The notes beneath the pieces were generated by a model that was not told where the DNA came from, did not search any database, and saw only the letters and a program-made list of their open reading frames with translations. Of a stretch of 64,000 nt of DNA, positions 49,551-57,946 are shown piece by piece. Each line of letters begins with the position of its first letter. Positions within the stretch are counted from its first letter, which is position 1. The DNA is from Candidatus Latescibacterota bacterium (GTDB taxonomy: Bacteria; Latescibacterota; UBA2968; UBA8231). The stretch lies in NCBI GenBank assembly GCA_965248265.1, contig CBDFJF010000001.1, forward strand, positions 416,001 through 480,000, read 5' to 3'. The translations under genes were made by a program, and so were the position numbers.

Positions 49551-50869
49551 TGGAGCGATACGCACGACAAACCGTCATCGAAGGATGGGATCAGAGCCGA
49601 TTATCGGCGGCGACCGTCGCCATCGCGGGGACCGGCCCCACCGCTTTCATGTGTGCTCTGCTCTCCGTGGCCATGGGCTTCGGTAGGGTAGTGCTGATCG
49701 GCAAGGCCAAATCAACCGAGGCCGCCACCAAAGATCTTCCCGCACTGATGCAGTCATCGAATGACCTCTGGGTTGAGTTTCTGGGGCAAGTTAATCCGCA
49801 GGTGCGCATCTACCCGGTAAGTCGAACATGCTCACCGGAGTTGATTCGCCGATTGCCGCAGCTGGATGGCCTCGTGGTTGCCGGGAATGATGCGCGGGCG
49901 CTCGGGGTTGGCTGTCAGGTGGCGAGTGACGGCGCGGTTCCCGTGGTCGCCGGAGGTAGTGCCGGGCCTGTCGGTGTATGGGGTGCACCACAACTCGACG
50001 GCCTTACGAGCAAGTTGTCGAGATATCCCGAATCGCCGTTGACGGCCCAGATCATCGCCGCGTTGCTAGTGGAGGAGATCCGTAAGGATCTGCTACCCCT
50101 GTCGAATGAGGCGGGCCGTTCCTCGACCAGGAGGATTGTCGCCCTCTCGCGGCTGGCTCCAGAGAAGGCCAACGGTCGAGACCGGCTGTTCAGACTGACG
50201 ACGGACCAACTGCACATCGTCGGAGCAGGGGCCCTGGGAACCTGGTTCGGCATTGGCCTGGGCCTGGCCGGAGTGCGGGCTCAACTACATATCTTCGACG
50301 GGGATCACGTCGAGGAGACCAACCTCAATCGCCAGGTCCTGTTCGCCGGCGCCGTGGGAAAGCCTAAAGCGACCGTGCTGGCTGCCCGCCTGCAGGATCT
50401 GTTTCCGACGCTGCGGACCAACGGCTACGGGACCAGAGTCGCCGCCGACACGGAAGAGATGATGGAAGGGTCAGGCGTGGTCGCCGCGTGTCCGGACAAC
50501 TTCCAGGTGCGCGCCTTTCTCGCCAGTATGGCCATGCGCCGCAGGCAGACGCTTCTCAACGGAGGCACCAGCGCCGTCGGCGGATCCTGCACCGCTTACG
50601 TACCCGGGCACACCAGCTGCCTGTCGTGTCTGATGGACATCGAGCGCCTCGCCCTGCAGGAGATGGCGCCAACCGGTTGCGCCCAGCAGGTGGAGTCGTC
50701 AGTGGTTACGAGCAATGCCGCCATCGGCGCGCTGATGGCCTGGAGCTTCAAGGAGATGAGGTGTGGCCGGGTGCATCCGGGAATCTGGGAATACGACGGG
50801 CGGTCGCACGGTGAGCGCATCGGGGTGCACTCGGTGAGGCCGGCGTGCGAGTGTCATATGAAGGATTGA
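49550..50869 (+). CDS. Tandem ThiF/E1-like activating enzyme (degenerate + active adenylation domains), 439 aa
   Basis: N-terminal RYARQ..GW.Q..L..A.V.I.G.G; second domain VGAGALG, DGDHVEETNLNRQ, GKPKA, CPDN, CLSC, GC, terminal CEC; TGATG coupling. Confidence 0.85.
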   Translation: MERYARQTVIEGWDQSRLSAATVAIAGTGPTAFMCALLSVAMGFGRVVLIGKAKSTEAATKDLPALMQSSNDLWVEFLGQVNPQVRIYPVSRTCSPELIRRLPQLDGLVVAGNDARALGVGCQVASDGAVPVVAGGSAGPVGVWGAPQLDGLTSKLSRYPESPLTAQIIAALLVEEIRKDLLPLSNEAGRSSTRRIVALSRLAPEKANGRDRLFRLTTDQLHIVGAGALGTWFGIGLGLAGVRAQLHIFDGDHVEETNLNRQVLFAGAVGKPKATVLAARLQDLFPTLRTNGYGTRVAADTEEMMEGSGVVAACPDNFQVRAFLASMAMRRRQTLLNGGTSAVGGSCTAYVPGHTSCLSCLMDIERLALQEMAPTGCAQQVESSVVTSNAAIGALMAWSFKEMRCGRVHPGIWEYDGRSHGERIGVHSVRPACECHMKD

Positions 50870-50941
50870 CGCTGAAGTTCATGACGGGAAACAGGCACCT
50901 ACGTTGCCATCACGTAATTACCTGTTTATCGCAAACAAACA

Positions 50942-50989
50942 TGGTGGCTCCTCGCGGAATCGAACCGCGGACACGGGGATTTTCGGTCC
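50942..50989 (-). mobile_element. Duplicated 3' half of tRNA-Phe (att-like site)
   Basis: 48 nt matching 52862-52909 with 3 mismatches, ending in CCA; lacks the 5' half. Confidence 0.8.
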
Positions 50990-51192
50990 GGTCCCGAAGA
51001 AAACAAGATCAACCTCTAACACGCATTAAGACACTAGTGGACACCTGCTTGATCATGCTGGGGATGATCTAACCGCCCCGTGCTTGGTCCACCCTCCGAA
51101 TCTCCGTACCCTATCGATCAACCCTGAGCCGATATCCATGCGATCTATTCGAACTCCCCCTGTGTCGGGGTGTTCGGGAAGCCTCATGATGC

Positions 51193-52584
51193 ATGACGAG
51201 TGACAAGAACAAGACAAAGGCGCAACTGCTGGTTGAGGTGAAAGAGTTACGTGAGGCGCGCGCAACCAGTGAATCAGCGGAACGCATTCGAGAGGCAGTG
51301 CTGTCGATGCGGCACAGTGATGACTTGATGAACGTAATGGGGTTGATGGTTGTGGAGTTGAGGCAGCTCGGAATAGAAGATATATGTTGCGGCATCAGTT
51401 TTTTCGATGAAGAGAGCGATCTCCGAATCGATTATTACGGTTGGGACAATCCACGCCATTACGGCATTTCCTGGACCTCGTCTGCGGTGAGGGAGATAAC
51501 CGACACGGTAGCGGGTTACAAATTTGAGCGGAAACTATCGGAGAGTCCCTCGAAAACATTTGAAATCTGGCGCCGGGGCAAGGTGCACCACGGCGGAGAG
51601 GGGATGAAATATTGGATTGAACGGACCAGTCGCGAGTTTGTGGAACGGTTCGGGTTCAGCCGTCCTCTACCTTGGTTTGATCGGGAGGATGTGAACGTGA
51701 CATACGTGCCTTTCGAACATGGAATAGTTCACGCTCTTGGCAGTACGTTGTCAGCTTCCGAGGTGGGGTTCGTAAAACACTTCACTACAGCTCTATCCCT
51801 GGGGTACGTCCGCTTTCGCGACTTCCAGTGCCTTGAGGAAAGAGCACGCCAGCTAGAACAGGAACTGGAGACAGCCCGCGATCTGCAGATGGCGCTCATG
51901 CCAACGGATTCTCCGGCTATCGAGGGACTACAGATTGCAGCTCGTTGCATCCCCGCCACACAGGTAGGTGGTGATTTCTTCCAATACTTCCACACTGACG
52001 ATCGCCTCTCCATTTCCATAGCAGACGTGACCGGCCACGCGATGGAAGCCGCCATCCCCGTAGTCATGTTCGAGGGTGTACTGTCCAGCCAAATGCGTAT
52101 CGGACCGGATCTGGAGAGCCTGTTCACTGCCCTCAATGACGTAATGGCCGATAGGCTCACAGGCCGCACCCATGTCTGTTTCTCCATGGCTCAGATCGAT
52201 ATCAACACCAGAGCAGTTCGCTTCGCCAATGCCGGTTGCCCGTATCCCTACCATTACAACGCGATCTCAGAGACCGTCACCGAGCTTGAGGCCAACGCAT
52301 ATCCTTTTGGTGTACGCGCAGGCACGACCTACCAAGCCGTCGAGGCCCAATTGGAACCAGGCGATCGACTCGTGTTCTGCTCTGACGGCATCATGGAGGC
52401 CAGGAACCCTGAGGGTGAGATGTATGGTTTCGACCAGACGGCTGAGACGGTCCGCCAGGGCTGCCAGGACGGTCTGGCCTCGGAGGCGTTGCTGGATCGT
52501 ATTGTCGTCGACGTGCGATCCTTCAGCGGCGAGCAGCCCCAAGAGGACGATCAGACTATCGTAATTATAGGCGTTGAATCTTGA
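51193..52584 (+). CDS. PP2C/SpoIIE (RsbU-like) phosphatase with N-terminal sensory region
   Basis: A..LQ..LMP, VGGDFF, ADVTGH, NAGCP, SDGIMEA, QEDDQT. Confidence 0.9.
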   Translation: MTSDKNKTKAQLLVEVKELREARATSESAERIREAVLSMRHSDDLMNVMGLMVVELRQLGIEDICCGISFFDEESDLRIDYYGWDNPRHYGISWTSSAVREITDTVAGYKFERKLSESPSKTFEIWRRGKVHHGGEGMKYWIERTSREFVERFGFSRPLPWFDREDVNVTYVPFEHGIVHALGSTLSASEVGFVKHFTTALSLGYVRFRDFQCLEERARQLEQELETARDLQMALMPTDSPAIEGLQIAARCIPATQVGGDFFQYFHTDDRLSISIADVTGHAMEAAIPVVMFEGVLSSQMRIGPDLESLFTALNDVMADRLTGRTHVCFSMAQIDINTRAVRFANAGCPYPYHYNAISETVTELEANAYPFGVRAGTTYQAVEAQLEPGDRLVFCSDGIMEARNPEGEMYGFDQTAETVRQGCQDGLASEALLDRIVVDVRSFSGEQPQEDDQTIVIIGVES

Positions 52585-52813
52585 CGTTAGGGTGGACCTG
52601 ACCACGAATGAATCGACTGATTAGACAGGCCGTTCTGATGCTCGATCTGTTCTGCGGGTAAGCCATTGCGTCTTCTGCAACAAGGAAGGGCTCAATAACG
52701 CCGCGGAGAGAGCAGGTACCCAAGTCTCACATGACCACGAAAAGAGTGCGATCCAACAGCTTCGGTACCAAGATAGTCGCCACAAGACGCAAAAGACTGC
52801 ATAACAAAAAAAA

Positions 52814-52848
52814 GGCACCTACGTTGCTATCACGTAAGTGCCTGTTTA
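52814..52848. terminator. Hairpin downstream of tRNA-Phe (terminator or att-arm-like), repeated near 50890-50928
   Basis: AGGCAC-CTACGT..ACGTAA-GTGCCT next to an A9 run (U-tract on the minus strand). Confidence 0.55.
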
Positions 52849-52861
52849 CATTAAAGAAATA

Positions 52862-52937
52862 TGGTGGCTCCTCGCAGAATCGAACTGCGGACACGGGGAT
52901 TTTCAGTCCCCTGCTCTACCGACTGAGCTAAAGAGCC
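52862..52937 (-). tRNA. tRNA-Phe (GAA)
   Basis: GGCTCTTTAGCTCAGTCGGTAGAGCAGGGGACTGAAAATCCCCGTGTCCGCAGTTCGATTCTGCGAGGAGCCACCA, 76 nt cloverleaf with encoded CCA. Confidence 0.96.
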
Positions 52938-52990
52938 ACCAAGTCCAAAAAAATAGTACCCCCGGCCACATTCACTGTCAAGAGAATGGC

Positions 52991-53563
52991 ATGAGCGTCA
53001 CGCTAATACCGTTCAGCATGCCTGAACCGATGGAGATCCCCGAACACATTGTCGCCTCTCTGCGGGCGATGGCCCCCGATGAGGCCGTGCTCAAGGGCAT
53101 GGAGTTGCTGGCGCAGATCGACGCCGCCGAGCTGTTGGTTTACGACAAGGTCGTCGACGAACGACTGATGCTTGGCTCGGTGTACTCCAAAAATGGCGAT
53201 GGGTCAGAGCTGCAGCAGAAGCTGAAAAGTGAAGCCTGCTACGGTCAGGCGCTCGACGCCGATAGTTCTCTGGCAGGCAGTGCCTTCGCCCAGGGTTCGG
53301 CGCTGCTGGTAATGGGACAAGCCGAGGAAGGAGAAGAAGCCGGACCGTTTCCTCAAACCCTGAAGGAAGCCATCCTGAATGGCGCGTCCAGCGGCGATGT
53401 CGGCTTCAATTATGTATTGACGTTCAAGGGTCAGGATGGACGCGCGCTCGGGGCACTGACGTTGATGCGGCCGCACGGCAGTGGCCCCCTGAACCACGAA
53501 CAGCCGAACATAACGGAAGGGTTACGTCGGCTGCTCGGTGATATACTGCAGGATGGTGCCTGA
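52991..53563 (+). CDS. Hypothetical protein, possibly GAF-like
   Basis: SLAGSAF, GRALGALTL pattern; start 52991 or 53018 (ORF-track start overlaps the tRNA). Confidence 0.6.
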   Translation: MSVTLIPFSMPEPMEIPEHIVASLRAMAPDEAVLKGMELLAQIDAAELLVYDKVVDERLMLGSVYSKNGDGSELQQKLKSEACYGQALDADSSLAGSAFAQGSALLVMGQAEEGEEAGPFPQTLKEAILNGASSGDVGFNYVLTFKGQDGRALGALTLMRPHGSGPLNHEQPNITEGLRRLLGDILQDGA

Positions 53564-53570
53564 GACTCTA

Positions 53571-53840
53571 CTAACTGGCCACTGTCTCAATAACACCGTT
53601 TTCAATCAACCAGGTTTCCACTTCTTCGCCACTGACATCCGCGAGCATCTGGTCGTTGACGACGACGCATGGAGACAGAGGCTGTCCGCTCTTCTGAACC
53701 ATTTCGGCATAATTCTCAGGATTGTTGATGATGTCCTTGTCTTCGTATGCCAGATCGTATTTGGAGAAGACTTCGCGGACACCTGCGCTCCAGCCGCAAA
53801 CCGGTTTCAAGAAGGCGGTGATCTTCGGTGCGTCAGCCAT
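53571..53840 (-). CDS. Monothiol glutaredoxin-like protein
   Basis: KPVCGWS, SGQPLSP.V. Confidence 0.85.
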   Translation of the reverse strand: MADAPKITAFLKPVCGWSAGVREVFSKYDLAYEDKDIINNPENYAEMVQKSGQPLSPCVVVNDQMLADVSGEEVETWLIENGVIETVAS

Positions 53841-54108
53841 CGGAATTCCCTTTTCGAAAATGGTGGTCTGATGTACTGGCCCGACGTACTGCCATGACGG
53901 GCCATTCATGGTGCTTGGCGCTAATATAGGAAGCCGTATCTATCTGTCAAGCCAACCTGTTACGACGCAAAACGACAATTGACGGAAACGCTCCATCGCC
54001 GTACATTGGGCACGCAATTTTCGCAGTCCCTAGCGACCATATTGTGACCTTTCTCCATGCCTTCCCCGAACCCAATCCAGATACGCGAACCTCAATAGCG
54101 AGTACATC

Positions 54109-55380
54109 ATGGCGGCTGAAGAAGCTCTGTACATAGAGGGGGGCAAACCGCTCAGCGGCGAAACCGAGATCCAGGGCTCGAAAAATGCGGCCCTGCCGAT
54201 GATCGCAGCATCGCTACTGGCCGAGGAGGGCCAAACCGTCCTGCATCGGATACCGCCTGTGAAGGATGTCCTGGTCGCACTGGAAATACTGCGGCAGTTG
54301 GGCGCCAAGGTTGACTACGATGCCACCGAGGGAGTGGCGGTCATCGACGCCGTCGGCGTCGAGCGCACTGACCTGTCTCCAGAACTGTCCGGTCGCCTGC
54401 GGGCATCGCTGCTGTTCGTTGGCGCTCTGTTGAGCCGGTTTCACCGGGTCACTGTCGCCGAGGTTGGTGGCTGTAACATCGGCGAGCGCTCGACGGATTA
54501 TCACTACCGAGGTTTCGCCCGCATGGGGGCCAAAGTCACGGGTACCGGTACGGGCTACGACGTCACAGCGGACACGTTGCGTGGCGCCAACATGTATTGC
54601 GACCTGCCCAGTCACACGGGGACGGAGAATCTCACGATGGCAGCCAGTCTGGCTGAAGGCGAGTCAACGATCGTTAATGCCGGCTCTGACCCAGAGATTT
54701 CCGATCTGGCGCGGTTGCTCAAGAAAATGGGAGCCGACATCGATGGTGTCGGAACGCGCACGGTGCGTATTCGCGGTGTGAAAAAGCTTCGGGGCGCGGA
54801 GCACACGGTCATGTACGATCGCCTGGATGCCGCCACCATGATGATGGCAGGCACGATCACGGCCGGCGATATTCGCTTGAAGGGCGTCAATCGCCATCAT
54901 CTGCAGATCTTCGAAGCCAAGCTGTTGCAGATGGGGGTCCATATCGAGCAGGTTGGAGGCGAATGGATTCATCTTCAGAGCCCGGAGAAACTGCACCCGA
55001 TCAACGTCGTCAGTACTTACTACCCGGGTTTTCCGACTGACCTGCAGCCCAGCATCACCGCACTGGCTTGCCGGGCGGAGGGGGACAGCTACATCCGTGA
55101 GACGGTTTTCGAGGACCGTTTCGGACACGTCAAGATGCTCAGAGCATTCGGGGCGACCCTCTCTCCGGAGAAGGACCAACTCCTGATCGTACCCGGGCCG
55201 CAGCAGTTCAAGGCTGCCCGCGTTCGCGCCAGTGACATACGTGCGGGCGCCACCTGCGTCCTGGCGGGCCTCTCCGCGCAGGGCAAGACCAGCATCTCCA
55301 ACCTGTATCAGCTCGATCGCGGTCTCACGGACCTCGTCGGAAGGTTGACTGAGTTGGGTGCCGACGTAGAGAGAATCTGA
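54109..55380 (+). CDS. murA: UDP-N-acetylglucosamine 1-carboxyvinyltransferase
   Basis: GSKNAALP, LRAS, GGCNIGER (catalytic Cys), YPGFPTDLQ, FEDRF, DIRAG. Confidence 0.93.
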   Translation: MAAEEALYIEGGKPLSGETEIQGSKNAALPMIAASLLAEEGQTVLHRIPPVKDVLVALEILRQLGAKVDYDATEGVAVIDAVGVERTDLSPELSGRLRASLLFVGALLSRFHRVTVAEVGGCNIGERSTDYHYRGFARMGAKVTGTGTGYDVTADTLRGANMYCDLPSHTGTENLTMAASLAEGESTIVNAGSDPEISDLARLLKKMGADIDGVGTRTVRIRGVKKLRGAEHTVMYDRLDAATMMMAGTITAGDIRLKGVNRHHLQIFEAKLLQMGVHIEQVGGEWIHLQSPEKLHPINVVSTYYPGFPTDLQPSITALACRAEGDSYIRETVFEDRFGHVKMLRAFGATLSPEKDQLLIVPGPQQFKAARVRASDIRAGATCVLAGLSAQGKTSISNLYQLDRGLTDLVGRLTELGADVERI

Positions 55381-55415
55381 GTCCCGGGCGAATCCCCGCC
55401 CCCTCGATCGTCAAC

Positions 55416-55763
55416 ATGACAGCGGCGCCGAGCAAGAGCCTCAGCGATTACCAGCGCGATGTCGATGACTGGGTTCGCACGATCGGTGTCCGCTACTTCT
55501 CCGAACTGACCAACACAGCCATCTTGATGGAAGAGGTCGGCGAAGTTGCCCGCTTGATGGCGCGCCAATTCGGCGACCAGAGTTTCAAACCGGGTCGAGA
55601 GCAGGATGCCGATCTGGGCATGGAAATGGCCGATGTGCTTTTCGTTCTGATCTGTCTGGCGAATCAGACAGGCGTCGACCTGGAGGAGGCCTTCGCACGC
55701 GCCATGGAGAAGAAGACGTCCCGGGATCGCGAGCGCCACGGTTCGAACCCAAAATTGAAATGA
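55416..55763 (+). CDS. MazG-like nucleotide pyrophosphohydrolase (YpjD-like)
   Basis: LMEEVGEVAR, EMADVLFV, DLEEAF. Confidence 0.88.
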   Translation: MTAAPSKSLSDYQRDVDDWVRTIGVRYFSELTNTAILMEEVGEVARLMARQFGDQSFKPGREQDADLGMEMADVLFVLICLANQTGVDLEEAFARAMEKKTSRDRERHGSNPKLK

Positions 55764-57142
55764 AATCCTTTTCACGCATGCGATTGAATGCCATCCTCGT
55801 GCTTTCGTTGACTTCTGCCTGCGACCTGATTAATCCAGCCAACAGTCAGGATTACAATCCGAGCCGGCTCCCCGTCGGGGAGTTGACCCTGTCTACGTGG
55901 TTGCCGGCGGGCCTTCCTGAATTTCGCCTCACAGAACAGGACGAGTCCAACCTGGCCAATCTTGGGCTCACCGAAATCGAATGGCTGCAACGAACGGGCA
56001 ACGGTGACAGCACCGCCGAGGAACTGGCGATGGCCTTCTGCGACCGCGCAGGCTTAAGGATGCCAGTATATTACGAGCCTCCTGGTTTTTCGCCGTACGA
56101 CAAATTGCACAACTGGGCGACGAAGCCGGAGGTCGGCCCCGACTTCGAGGAGGCCGTGCGCGAGAGGGTGCTCGGGCTGAAATCGCGTTGGATGGGATCA
56201 GCGGGTTTCGGTGGCTACCTGATCGGTCACGAGGACTACTCAAACCGATTCTACGAGGCGCTGGGGCGAACGGTTTCCGTGCTGCGTTCCGAGGATCCGG
56301 GACGGCCCGCCGTCACGGTCGGTAGTATCGACCACTACTCACAGGTAGATCGATTCCTTGACGCGTTCTTCGATGAAGAAGGGGTTCCCAACATCTTCCA
56401 ACACGAGCACTACGTGTTCAGGGCTTCCACCCCCACCAGCGGTCGTGGTCTGCAACGGAACCTGGACGATCTGGTCGCTGGCTATGGCAGAGTTGCGCGC
56501 CATTTACAAGATAGGCTCGGTCGTTGGCACGCCATCGTGCAGGTTCAGAGCGAAACCCGGGACGGGAACGGGGAACAGGGGCTGTATTACCGCAAACCGA
56601 CGGGCGCTGAGATCGGCGTGCAAGCTGGAATGGCGCTGGCTCGAGGCGCGTCCGGCATCGTCTACTTCCTGTACAGCTCCGGGAACGAAGAGGTCCGCGA
56701 CGGCGACGGCGATCTGCTCCAGCTGCGCAGGTACCAGGGCATCGTCGATACCGATGGAACGGCTACTCCGACCTATTCAGCGGTGCAGCGAATCAACACA
56801 CAGCTGCGCTCGCTGAGTCCTTACCTGGCACCACTTCATTTCCACGGCGGCTACGCCTCTTCCCGTGGCCTGCCCGATGAGGCACCCGTGGTCAGCGCGG
56901 ACGATGACCTGGAGTTGGGGTTCTTCGGTAATCGAGAGATCGAGACGCACGTTCTGGTGGTCAACCGCCGGCCCGAGCAAGCACGAGAGGTGCGCCTGGT
57001 GGTCACAGCCCAGGGCGTACAGGATGCACTGTCGGGTGTTGCGCTCGCGGTCGTTGAAGGAACGGTCACGCTCAATCTTGAGGCAGGCGGGATGCAGTTG
57101 ATCGAGCTAATTCAATCAGTCGGTAGCGAGTCGGGCGGCTAA
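55760..57142 (+). CDS. Hypothetical lipoprotein, possible glycoside hydrolase-like barrel
   Basis: Lipobox-like LTSAC; GYLIGHE, ALARGASGIVYF.Y pattern. Confidence 0.65.
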   Translation: MKSFSRMRLNAILVLSLTSACDLINPANSQDYNPSRLPVGELTLSTWLPAGLPEFRLTEQDESNLANLGLTEIEWLQRTGNGDSTAEELAMAFCDRAGLRMPVYYEPPGFSPYDKLHNWATKPEVGPDFEEAVRERVLGLKSRWMGSAGFGGYLIGHEDYSNRFYEALGRTVSVLRSEDPGRPAVTVGSIDHYSQVDRFLDAFFDEEGVPNIFQHEHYVFRASTPTSGRGLQRNLDDLVAGYGRVARHLQDRLGRWHAIVQVQSETRDGNGEQGLYYRKPTGAEIGVQAGMALARGASGIVYFLYSSGNEEVRDGDGDLLQLRRYQGIVDTDGTATPTYSAVQRINTQLRSLSPYLAPLHFHGGYASSRGLPDEAPVVSADDDLELGFFGNREIETHVLVVNRRPEQAREVRLVVTAQGVQDALSGVALAVVEGTVTLNLEAGGMQLIELIQSVGSESGG

Positions 57143-57175
57143 AAGCCGGGCCACTGAAGTCGGTCAACAGAAGAA

Positions 57176-57541
57176 TCAAAAATCGAGGACCTGTTTCAGG
57201 CACAATTCAACAATCCGCATCAGCTGCAATGAGGCCGGCGCCAAGCGTTTGATGGGCTTGCCAGAATCCGCATCATACAAACGCCGATTGTCGATCGCCC
57301 TGATCTGGTCGATCAGAATGTCGGACGGTTTGAGGCCCTTTGTGCGCGCAGGAACCCGAACCCTAAGGGGTTCGGCGTCGTCCACTATGCGAGTTGTGAG
57401 AGGAACCACGATCGTCGAAGGATGTCCCGTGCGGCTCAGGAGATCGCTCTGCAGAACCAGGACAGGACGCGTTTTTCCTGGCTCCGTTCCGCGACGGGGG
57501 CGCAAGTCCGCCAGATAGAACCAACCGCGTTCGATTTGCAT
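57176..57541 (-). CDS. mazF: PemK/MazF family toxin
   Basis: RG..YLADL.P..GTEPGKTRPVLVLQ, VVPLTT, DQIRAIDNRRL. Confidence 0.9.
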   Translation of the reverse strand: MQIERGWFYLADLRPRRGTEPGKTRPVLVLQSDLLSRTGHPSTIVVPLTTRIVDDAEPLRVRVPARTKGLKPSDILIDQIRAIDNRRLYDADSGKPIKRLAPASLQLMRIVELCLKQVLDF

Positions 57542-57558
57542 CGTCGTAACGCCAGTCG

Positions 57559-57813
57559 TCAACGCCGGGATTCGATTTCCTCGTCGATATCGAACTCGGC
57601 CGCTTCCATCTCCCGGTTGACCTCGAGGTTTTTTCCTCGGCACTTCATGGAGGCATCGAGAAATTTGCTGGCCAGCACCTCCCTCTCGACAATGGTATTG
57701 TACTGCGCGATGGCTTCACGGATGTATGATGTACGCGTCGTAGATCGGCACCCGGCCAGGTAATCGGTCTTCGCCAGCTGTTCTGAGTCGAGCTTGAGGT
57801 TAATCTGAGCCAT
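57559..57813 (-). CDS. Ribbon-helix-helix (CopG-like) antitoxin
   Basis: INLKLD...RTSYIREAI; directly upstream of the toxin. Confidence 0.82.
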   Translation of the reverse strand: MAQINLKLDSEQLAKTDYLAGCRSTTRTSYIREAIAQYNTIVEREVLASKFLDASMKCRGKNLEVNREMEAAEFDIDEEIESRR

Positions 57814-57824
57814 ATCGCACCATC

Positions 57825-57860
57825 ATGAACATAAGATATGAACATATATTGTATATATTA
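57825..57860. promoter_or_regulatory. AT-rich TA/top6 divergent promoter with candidate operator repeats
   Basis: ATGAACATA x2 (57825-33, 57838-46) and ATATAT-TGT-ATATAT palindrome. Confidence 0.45.
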
Positions 57861-57946
57861 AAAGAATACGTAATTTCAATACTTTCGCAAGTTCGGACCA
57901 TTCCTCCCCTGAACAAGCTCCGTACCCGATCGTAAAGGGAGAGATC

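Noticed and set aside
49550-50869. Ordinary thiF/moeB cofactor biosynthesis gene
   Set aside because: Tandem domain layout, no rhodanese domain, no thi/moa neighbours, and an E2-like partner in the operon
50942-50989. Second functional tRNA-Phe
   Set aside because: Lacks the D-arm and 5' acceptor strand
52838-52990. ORF-track N-terminus overlapping the tRNA
   Set aside because: Antisense read-through of tRNA-Phe; real start is downstream
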